Of a stretch of 64,000 nt of DNA, positions 57,223 to 64,000 are shown piece after piece. This DNA is from Patescibacteria group bacterium (lineage in GTDB: Bacteria; Patescibacteriota; Patescibacteriia; SG8-24). A program made the translations under genes and the position numbers. Each line of letters opens with the position of its first letter. Positions within the stretch are counted from its first letter, which is position 1. The stretch is taken from assembly GCA_028714475.1 (NCBI GenBank), contig JAQTNC010000003.1, positions 15,596 through 79,595 of the forward strand. The letters run 5' to 3'. The notes under the pieces are model-generated. The model had not been told where the DNA came from and ran no database searches. It saw only the letters and a list, made by a program, of their open reading frames with translations.

Positions 57223-57360
57223 ATGGCCGTCTATCATGGCTGTGTAAGTCCGGCTACGAAACACCAACGCCAATTGAGGAACAAGCGGGTAGCAGGCGTT
57301 ACGCTGATGGTCTTTGGCGTGCTGATGCTGGTCATCGGCGTGCTCATCCTCTTCATCTAA
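57223..57360 (+). CDS. Small membrane protein (45 aa), not in the ORF track
   Basis: Strong RBS aaaggag lies 6 nt before the ATG. MAVYHGCVSPATKHQRQLRNKRVAGVTLMVFGVLMLVIGVLILFI has a single TM helix. A hairpin + TTTTT follows the stop. Confidence 0.45.
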   Translation: MAVYHGCVSPATKHQRQLRNKRVAGVTLMVFGVLMLVIGVLILFI

Positions 57361-57674
57361 ACCGGAGTCGAGCCTCTCTCGCCGCCGACTGCCGCATCAC
57401 CCACCCTTGGGTCGCGCCGGTCGGTTTTTGTATACTCGAATTGGAATGAATTCGTGGATACCCTCCTTCGCCTGACGGCTACGGAGGGTAGGTCGACCCG
57501 GCGGAGCCGCCAGCGGGGGCTGGCGCGGAGGGCCGTCCCGAGGGCGCGGGCGGAACGCGCCCGGCCCGGAGCGCCTGCCCGCGCGGGCGGCGGAGCGGGT
57601 CGCGAGCGGCCCGGACCCGCCCGGTCTCCACACTAAACGACGAAGAACCGTTTATTTAGAAAACCGTCAACCAC

Positions 57675-57699
57675 TAAAAACGCCCCGTTGCCGGGGCGT
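57675..57699 (-). terminator. Rho-independent terminator after frr
   Basis: acgccccg-ttgc-cggggcgt with an A-run on plus (a T-run on the transcript). Confidence 0.8.
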
Positions 57700-57714
57700 C
57701 TTACCAACTAATAC

Positions 57715-58272
57715 CTAAATCGTCATTATCTCTTTCTCTTTCTCCTCCCCCATCTCCTTGATCTTCTCATTCCACCCGGCGGCGGTCTTGTCGAGCGCTT
57801 CGAGCAGACGGTACTTCTCGTCCTCGCCGATCTCCTTGCTCTTCTCGGCCTCGACAATCTCCGACTTCGCGGCCTCGCGCACGCCGCGGACGCCGATGCG
57901 TGCCTGCTCGAGCTTCTCGCCCATGATCTTGATGAGATCGCGGCGCGATTCCTCGGTGAGCGGTTGGAGCGAGATGCGGATGAGCTTGCCCTGGACGTTC
58001 GGGGTCAGGCCAACATTGGCGTCGGCGATGGCCCGCTCGATGTCCTTGACCACGTTCTTGTCCCACGGGTCGATGTTGATGGTACGGCTGTCCGGCGTCG
58101 AGATCGACGCCAAGCCCTTGATCTGCGTCCGCGAGCCGTACGCCTCGACCATGATGTTCTCGACGAGCGCCGGCGTGGCGCGGCCGGTCCGGAGCCCGCC
58201 GAGCTCGAGCTTGAGGAAATCGATGGCGTCCTGGAATTCCTGCTGATGAGCGGAGATGATGTCGCTTGGCAT
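57715..58272 (-). CDS. frr: Ribosome recycling factor
   Basis: 185 aa with canonical RRF sequence (…NVGLTPNVQGKLIRISLQPLTEESRRDLIKI…). Confidence 0.9.
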   Translation of the reverse strand: MPSDIISAHQQEFQDAIDFLKLELGGLRTGRATPALVENIMVEAYGSRTQIKGLASISTPDSRTINIDPWDKNVVKDIERAIADANVGLTPNVQGKLIRISLQPLTEESRRDLIKIMGEKLEQARIGVRGVREAAKSEIVEAEKSKEIGEDEKYRLLEALDKTAAGWNEKIKEMGEEKEKEIMTI

Positions 58273-58273
58273 A

Positions 58274-59350
58274 TTATTTCTTGAATTTGGTCGTACCCAT
58301 ATAGAGGATGGCCGAGTTGGCGCGATCCACCAGCAGCTGCGTCGCGGCGCGCGTGGTCACGAGCTTCTTCGGCACCCAGTTGAGGCCGCCGTCGCTCGTG
58401 CGATGAAAGGTCGTCGCCGTGCCGTAGTAGATGACGTTCGCGTCACGCGGATCGAGGGCGAGCGAATAGATGGCCGAGCCGCCCGGCGGCGTGAGCAGGT
58501 TGATGGCCTCCCAATTCTCGCCGTTGTCCTTGGAGCGGATGAGGCCGTACTTCGAGGCCAGGATGATCGTCTTCGGATCCGCCACGCTGACGGCGAAATC
58601 GCGGAATTCCTTGGCCCCATCGAAATCCTTGTACTTCTCGCTCAAGTCCAACCAGGTCGGGGTCATGCCGCCGTCGTCCGTGCGCCAGACACCGTGCTTC
58701 AGACTGCAGACGTACATCTGCCTCGAATCAATCGGGTTGAAGGCAATCTTCACGACCTCGGTGCCGAAATTGTCCACCTTCTCCCAGGACTTGCCGCCGT
58801 CGGTGCTGCGGAGCAGGTCGCCGGCGTCCTCGCCAAGCCAGACGATATCCGGATTGAACCAGTCAACGGTCACGGCGGACGTCTTGCGCTCAGGTCGGGC
58901 ATCAACGAAAACGGCGGTCCAGGTGCGCGAACAGTCGTCGGTCTTCATCAGGCGGTTGCCGCTCGTCGCATAGATCGTGCACTTATTCTTCGGATGAACG
59001 GCGATGCCCGCGACCATGCCGCTCTTGAGCCCGGGCGCCTGTGCCCAGGATTCGCCGCCGTCGTAGGAGTAAAGGATGCCGGCGTCAGCCGTGCCGACGT
59101 AGAGCGCGTTCGGGTCCTGCGGATCCTGCGCCAGTGCGGACACGGACAGGCCGCTGAAGCTCTTCTTTTCCCCGGTCGCGGTCAGGATGGCGGTTTTCTG
59201 CACCCAAGTCTCGCCGCGGTCGCCGGATTTGAAGACGCCGCCGTCCGAGCCGGAATTATCCGAACCGGAACCGCCGACGGTGACGCAGCCCGCGCCCATA
59301 AGCGCCAAGGTCGCCAAAACGCAGACCAAAATTTTATATCTCGTGTTCAT
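58274..59350 (-). CDS. BNR/Asp-box repeat lipoprotein (Ycf48-like beta-propeller)
   Basis: ORF 58274..59500 trimmed to MNTRYKILVCVLATLALMGAGC (lipobox). Five S-x-D-x-G-x-(S/T)-W Asp-boxes (SGDRGETW, SYDGGESW, STDGGKSW, SKDNGENW, TSDGGLNW). Confidence 0.75.
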   Translation of the reverse strand: MNTRYKILVCVLATLALMGAGCVTVGGSGSDNSGSDGGVFKSGDRGETWVQKTAILTATGEKKSFSGLSVSALAQDPQDPNALYVGTADAGILYSYDGGESWAQAPGLKSGMVAGIAVHPKNKCTIYATSGNRLMKTDDCSRTWTAVFVDARPERKTSAVTVDWFNPDIVWLGEDAGDLLRSTDGGKSWEKVDNFGTEVVKIAFNPIDSRQMYVCSLKHGVWRTDDGGMTPTWLDLSEKYKDFDGAKEFRDFAVSVADPKTIILASKYGLIRSKDNGENWEAINLLTPPGGSAIYSLALDPRDANVIYYGTATTFHRTSDGGLNWVPKKLVTTRAATQLLVDRANSAILYMGTTKFKK

Positions 59351-59496
59351 AACAAATGATAGATTGACCTCGACGCCGACGATTTCGTCTGCCGTCCAGG
59401 CATGAGGCATTAACGGGAAAATCTTATCATGGCTGATATTTAAGCGGAAGACCTGACAAAAAATACAGAGATGCGGGGTGGCTTTTTTGCGTCCAG

Positions 59497-60540
59497 TCAC
59501 TTAGCTGTTGCCGCCGCGAGACAGCCGAGGGCGACGCGGCCAGCGACGTTCTCCGACAGCATCCGGCGGCTTTCCTCCAAGGCTTCCAACGTCGCCGCAA
59601 TGCGGCTCGACCCAACTCGGCTGGCCCAGGCGGCGATGCGTTCGCGCACGTCAAGATGCGTCACGAGTTCAGGACACCCGTTCGCCGCGAAAAGCGCGTC
59701 CTGCAGGAGTTCGGCGAGCAGGGCCAGCGTTTCGCGAGCGCGGTCGGTCGCTTCGTTGAACGGCAATTTCTCCGGCACGTTCGACTCCAGCGCGAGCCAA
59801 CGGTCGGCGAGCCCGGCTTCCAGCGCGTCGAGCAAGCGGTTGCGCTGATCCAACATGGCGGCCAGCCTATCCGGTTCGTTGAAATAGGTCAGGGCCCGGC
59901 CAGGACAGCCGGACGACAATCTGGCGAGGAGTTGCGCATCTTCATCCGTCGCTCCGGCCGCGCGCATCGCTTCGGCAATTGCCTCCTCCGGCACGCGGCC
60001 CAGCGCCACAATCTGACAGCGCGATCGCACTGTCGGCAAGACGCTATCCGCCGAATCCGCCGTGAGCAGGAGCACGGTCTTTTCCTTCGGCTCCTCCAGA
60101 CTCTTCAGAAGCGCGTTGCCGGACTCCTTGTTGAGATGTTGGGCGCCTTCGAGCACGACCGCTTTCCATCCGCTGCCCATCGCGCCGAGCGACAGCCATC
60201 CGACCAGATGCTGAACCTGTTCAAGCGCGATGTCCTTGCGTGGCTTGCCGGTCTTGGGATCATCGCCGCGTTCAACGAGCAGGAAGTCAGGATGAATCTC
60301 CGGTCGTTCGGCGCCGAGCACGCGTCCGACAAACCACCGCGCGAGCGTCGCCTTGCCCACGCCATCCGGACCGGTCAACAGATACGCATGCGCCAACTTT
60401 CCGTTCGTCCACGCGCGGTCGAGAAAACTCGTGATCTGCCCGTGGCCAATCACGTTCCGGTTCACGGCGATCTTCCGCCTTTGGGTCGCGCCTTTCGACC
60501 CTGCGTCAGGTCCAGCTGATCTCGTTTTCCTCACCGGCAT
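59497..60540 (-). CDS. holB: DNA polymerase III subunit delta'
   Basis: ORF 59497..60654 trimmed to MPVRKTRS... AAA+ clamp-loader fold (HAYLLTGPDGVGKATLA) without a functional Walker B/arginine-finger context typical of delta'. Confidence 0.75.
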   Translation of the reverse strand: MPVRKTRSAGPDAGSKGATQRRKIAVNRNVIGHGQITSFLDRAWTNGKLAHAYLLTGPDGVGKATLARWFVGRVLGAERPEIHPDFLLVERGDDPKTGKPRKDIALEQVQHLVGWLSLGAMGSGWKAVVLEGAQHLNKESGNALLKSLEEPKEKTVLLLTADSADSVLPTVRSRCQIVALGRVPEEAIAEAMRAAGATDEDAQLLARLSSGCPGRALTYFNEPDRLAAMLDQRNRLLDALEAGLADRWLALESNVPEKLPFNEATDRARETLALLAELLQDALFAANGCPELVTHLDVRERIAAWASRVGSSRIAATLEALEESRRMLSENVAGRVALGCLAAATAK

Positions 60541-60846
60541 AGCAGGAAAAGGATAACAAATCTGCCTTGATGCGTTAAATGACGCTTCAAGTCTTGTGAC
60601 GCAGATATTCGAGCCATTGAAATGTAGCGACCGCCTTGAGCGGTGCCCGCCCAAGGCAAAAGAAATCTTTTTCGAAATCCTCTGTGGATAACTTTTTACT
60701 TAAAAATAATAACGATGTGAATATTTGCTTCTATTTAGCCATTTTTTTGAAATGTTTCCGTATCATGTCAATTATTTGACACTTTCTAATCTGGTCGGTA
60801 ATGTCTCCGCAACCCATGGGTTCCTTTCATTCCCCTAGCCGCCATT

Positions 60847-61386
60847 ATGGGCAAAGACAAAACCCCTTCCGCCGCCAGCACGTCGGTGGAAACGGCTCCG
60901 AACAGCGAGCAGCAAGCGGCCGTCGCGGCCGCCATCGCCAGCTTTCGGGGGCTTGGTTCGCTGCGCCTCACTTTCTGTGACCGCTCGCCCAATCCTTACG
61001 CCGACGAAACAAAATCCTTAATCGACATCTATGTTGACGACAAAGGCCACGAATACTGGTTCGACCCTACCGCTGACCGGCTGGTCCAAGTTGGTCCGCA
61101 CGCGGGTCGCCATCAAAAGGCACTTCAAGTTAAATCAGCCGATCGCCTGCCGGTCGCGCGCCTCCGCGAGCTAGCGCTGGAACTCGCCGGCAAGGCCGTG
61201 GAGAATTTCCAGACGCGCCGCGAGAACCTTCATCCGCTCGAGGACAACCGCAAGGGGCAGATCTATTTCTTCCGGTGGGACGATTTCTCACAGCCCGTGA
61301 AGGAATCCGAGATGCCGCCGTTCCTGCAGGTCGCGCTCTACGCCGACGGCCGCTTGGCCAGCTTCACCGATACTCTGCGACATTAG
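60847..61386 (+). CDS. Hypothetical protein
   Basis: 179 aa. No recognisable domain. Confidence 0.5.
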   Translation: MGKDKTPSAASTSVETAPNSEQQAAVAAAIASFRGLGSLRLTFCDRSPNPYADETKSLIDIYVDDKGHEYWFDPTADRLVQVGPHAGRHQKALQVKSADRLPVARLRELALELAGKAVENFQTRRENLHPLEDNRKGQIYFFRWDDFSQPVKESEMPPFLQVALYADGRLASFTDTLRH

Positions 61387-61613
61387 AATAGACACCGGCA
61401 CGGAGATTGACTGCCGGCCGGAATAAAACAAAAAGAGGCCTCGTCGCATCCTCCCGCTGGGTGCAAGCGGAAAACCAATACAGAAACCCGAAATCGTCCG
61501 CCTTTTCGGCAAATCGCTCCTTTCGAAGCATGACAAGACACGCAAAACCGGTCCGTTTCGTGGGAGAGGGACCGGTTTGCGTTTGCGACAATAAATAATT
61601 ACCCATCTATTGC

Positions 61614-62000
61614 CACCACCCCCGCGAAAGCGGGGGCCCAGAAACAACACGTGCGCTCCGGCCGCCGCCCCGCGGCATAATGTTCTTCCACGAGCGGAGC
61701 GAAGCGGAGTCGAGGGGCAGAACACGAACAACGTCCGGCCGGTCGGGGCCGCCCTTACGGCACGCTCGCCGCTCCGGCGGCGGCTTCGCTCGACTTCGCT
61801 CGCGATGTCCCCCCGCAGTACTGCGGGGGGCACCAAGCCATCGCTCGCTCGAACGGCCTTAAAGGGCGGCCCCGCCCGACCTCATCCAGAAACTCACCTC
61901 AACCTATAATAGATAAGCGCTCGGCCTGCGGGGGCCGCCAAGCATGGCGGCCCGGCCTCGCGTAATGAAGACATCTTTTCCGCAAGGTGTGCTACGCACG
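61614..62000 (-). repeat. R1 structured repeat element, copy D (inverted orientation; its 5' end faces the low-GC cargo)
   Basis: Reverse complement reads cgtgcgtagcacacc-ttgcggaa..gtcttc..cgcgagg, then hairpin gggccgccatgcttggcggccc, then ccgcaggccgagcgc ... ccccccgcagtactgcgggggg ... gccgcggggcggcggccggagcgc. Confidence 0.7.
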
Positions 62001-62045
62001 TTTAAAAAAGGACAAATCCAAAAGATTTTCTAATCGCTGAAAATG

Positions 62046-62633
62046 CTAACAACAATTAGCGAAAAAAAGTTCGTCATCTTCGGCAATCGGCATCCACGGT
62101 CCCAACATTCTCACATCGCCATCTTTAAATGAGACTTCAACATCGATGCCCTGCTTTCTAGTTTTATAAACCAATTTGTCAATCGAAAATATATCCTTTT
62201 CATTTGAACGAATTTCAAGAGGTATATCACTAATGTGCTTTAACAGCCATTCTTGAAAATCAAACCATTTCGGCAATCTAACGATATCATCAGGCAATTT
62301 ATTCAATTTCAATACCGCACATAATTCCCTTCGCAGAGAATATAGGAGCGCGAAATCGGATAATTCTTTTCTTAAGGTCGCGTTTGGCTGCGTTAAATAT
62401 TGTTCAAACTTATCTAGCCAATATCTTGCACAAGACCAACGCAACGCATTATGTACTGACCAATTCCGAAATAGTGTTACTTGTCTAAATTGATCATCGT
62501 CTGATATTCCATCTCTTTCAAACAATCGGCCCAACTGCACCAGTATATATACTACGTCACTTTCACTATCAATATTGCCATGAATCTTTTTAGACAACTT
62601 TTCCAATATTTCATCTGTCATACAATATTGCAT
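62046..62633 (-). CDS. Orphan hypothetical protein in an about 0.7 kb low-GC (about 35-40%) foreign segment
   Basis: 195 aa ORF (MQYCMTDEILEKLSKKIHGN...). Sharp compositional contrast with the high-GC flanks. No recognisable motif. Confidence 0.6.
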   Translation of the reverse strand: MQYCMTDEILEKLSKKIHGNIDSESDVVYILVQLGRLFERDGISDDDQFRQVTLFRNWSVHNALRWSCARYWLDKFEQYLTQPNATLRKELSDFALLYSLRRELCAVLKLNKLPDDIVRLPKWFDFQEWLLKHISDIPLEIRSNEKDIFSIDKLVYKTRKQGIDVEVSFKDGDVRMLGPWMPIAEDDELFFANCC

Positions 62634-62679
62634 CTTATGCTTAACACCCTCGCGTACTTCAATAATATTTCATACTTTC

Positions 62680-63050
62680 CTTGCGGACGACTTGTCATCC
62701 TTACGCGAGGCCAAGCGGCGCCTAATGCGCCGCTCCCGCAGGCCGAGCGCATACATTTTAAAGGGGTTGGGGTTGTTTTCAAGGCGAGGCCGGGCGGGGT
62801 CGCCCTTTAAGGCCACTCGACGCCCGCGTCGGCTCGGTTCCCCCGCAGTACTGCGGGGGACGACGCGGGTCGGCGACGTGAGCGAAGGCCGCCGCTGGAG
62901 CGGCCGAGCGTGCCGTAAGGGCGACCCCGCCCGGCCGGACGTCCGTTATTTGTTCTTCCCCTCGACTTAGCTCGGGGCAGAACGCTTGCCGCGGGGCGGC
63001 GGCCGGAAGCGCCGGCTGTTCCTGGATTCCCACCTTCGCGGGAATGGCGT
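62680..63050 (+). repeat. R1 structured repeat element, copy B (5' end faces the low-GC cargo; 3' end abuts the murD stop codon)
   Basis: cttgcggacgacttgtcatccttacgcgagg, then hairpin agcggcgcctaatgcgccgct, then cccgcaggccgagcgcatac ... ccccgcagtactgcgggg ... gccgcggggcggcggccggaagcgccggctgttcctggattccc. Confidence 0.7.
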
Positions 63051-64000
63051 TCATTTTTTCCCCTTCACCCCACGCACAAACTGCTCCCCCCGATCAAATT
63101 CGTTGATGAACATTCCAAAACTCGCGCAGCCGGGCGAGAGCAAGACGATGTCGCCGCGGGAGGCGCAGACGCGGGCGGCAGCGAGGGCATCGTTCATTGA
63201 GCCCGCGACCAAATATGGCGTCTTGGCGCGCACGGCGTTCAAAGCCGCAACCATTTTCGGTGTCGCGGTGCCGTCAAAGAAAACGATCGCCTTGGCATAA
63301 CGCTTGGCTTCCTTGGCCCAATCGTCGAAACGCAGGGCCTTGTCCGCGCCGCCGGCGAGCAAGATGATTCTTTTCTTTTTCCCGCCGAGCGCCTTGAGCG
63401 CCGCGATAGCGGCATCCGGCGCGGTCGCGGTCGTGTCGTTAATATATGTAACCCCGCCCTTCACGGCGATTTCTTCCAGCCGATTCGGCACACCGCGAAA
63501 AGCGCGCACCGTAGCCGCAATGGTTTTGGCTGGCACGTCGAGCGCCATCGCTGCCGCCGTCGCCGCCAAAACGTTGGCAACATTATGCTGACCGAGCAGT
63601 TTGATGGAGCTAACCGGAAAAATCCGACGCAGCTTGCCGCCGACGGAAAAGACGACGAACCCGGCAACCACGGAACACCCTTCGCCGCTGCGCATCGGAT
63701 GCCCCGAAAACCAGATGACTTTCGGTCCAGCGGCCCTTTTCTCCAACAATCTCTCCCCCATCGCCCGGACCCGCGCGTCGTCGTGGTTGAGAACGGCGAC
63801 GTCGCCGGTTTTTTGTGAAGTGACAATCAATTCCTTTGCCCGCGCGTAATCATCAATGTCGCGATAGGTGTTTAGATGGTCCTCCTTGATGTTGGTGATG
63901 ACCGCGACGTGAGGGCTCAAGCGATGCTGTTCCAGTCCTTCAACCTGCCAAGAGGAAAGCTCCAATACTACCGGTGGCGGAATCAGGCGCCGGCGACGGG
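63051..64000 (-). CDS. murD: UDP-N-acetylmuramoyl-L-alanine--D-glutamate ligase, C-terminal approximately 315 aa; the gene continues past the right edge of the window
   Basis: Mur-ligase central and C-terminal domains (VAVITNIKEDHLNTY...). The frame remains open from 63965 to 64000; the track start is a TTG. Confidence 0.85.
   Translation of the reverse strand, partial: RRRRLIPPPVVLELSSWQVEGLEQHRLSPHVAVITNIKEDHLNTYRDIDDYARAKELIVTSQKTGDVAVLNHDDARVRAMGERLLEKRAAGPKVIWFSGHPMRSGEGCSVVAGFVVFSVGGKLRRIFPVSSIKLLGQHNVANVLAATAAAMALDVPAKTIAATVRAFRGVPNRLEEIAVKGGVTYINDTTATAPDAAIAALKALGGKKKRIILLAGGADKALRFDDWAKEAKRYAKAIVFFDGTATPKMVAALNAVRAKTPYLVAGSMNDALAAARVCASRGDIVLLSPGCASFGMFINEFDRGEQFVRGVKGKK

Overview
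High-GC (roughly 60-65% by eye) bacterial chromosomal window that is gene-dense and repeat-rich; the taxon cannot be assigned from sequence alone. Almost all genes lie on the minus strand. From left to right the window holds: (1) a soluble [NiFe]-hydrogenase operon (ferredoxin, FAD-dependent pyridine-nucleotide-disulfide oxidoreductase, minimal small subunit, large subunit running off the left edge); (2) an alpha-glucan locus (GH15, GH57, GT4); (3) queA and tgt; (4) two tandem giant multi-PAS sensor histidine kinases (1358 aa and 2354 aa); (5) a PAP2-LssY phosphatase, a polysaccharide deacetylase, a DEAD-box helicase, DUF362, DedA and SdpI-like proteins; (6) a block of lipoprotein, peptidase, deaminase and HAD genes; (7) pepD, a deaminase-fusion protein, upp, an RluA-family synthase and an rRNA methyltransferase; (8) arfB and a GNAT acetyltransferase; (9) a tRNA-Trp / RelE-type toxin-antitoxin / rpmG / tRNA-Thr / tRNA-Tyr / tRNA-Thr cluster followed by tandem tRNA-fragment duplications; (10) a TPR protein, tpiA, an M16 peptidase, glyQS, deoC, frr, a BNR-repeat lipoprotein, holB and a partial murD at the right edge. 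Several well-supported sigma70-type promoters (TTGACA-17-TAtaaT) and rho-independent terminators are visible. The most unusual content is non-coding. A about 350-500 bp structured repeat family (R1) has four copies; two inverted copies flank an about 0.7 kb low-GC foreign segment carrying one orphan ORF, and one copy sits with the toxin-antitoxin pair between rpmG and tRNA-Trp. A second about 165 bp repeat family (R2) has two copies. A palindromic 30-mer motif family has five copies. Many promoter-proximal short tandem/inverted octamer repeats recur at unrelated genes. No rRNA and no CRISPR array were found.
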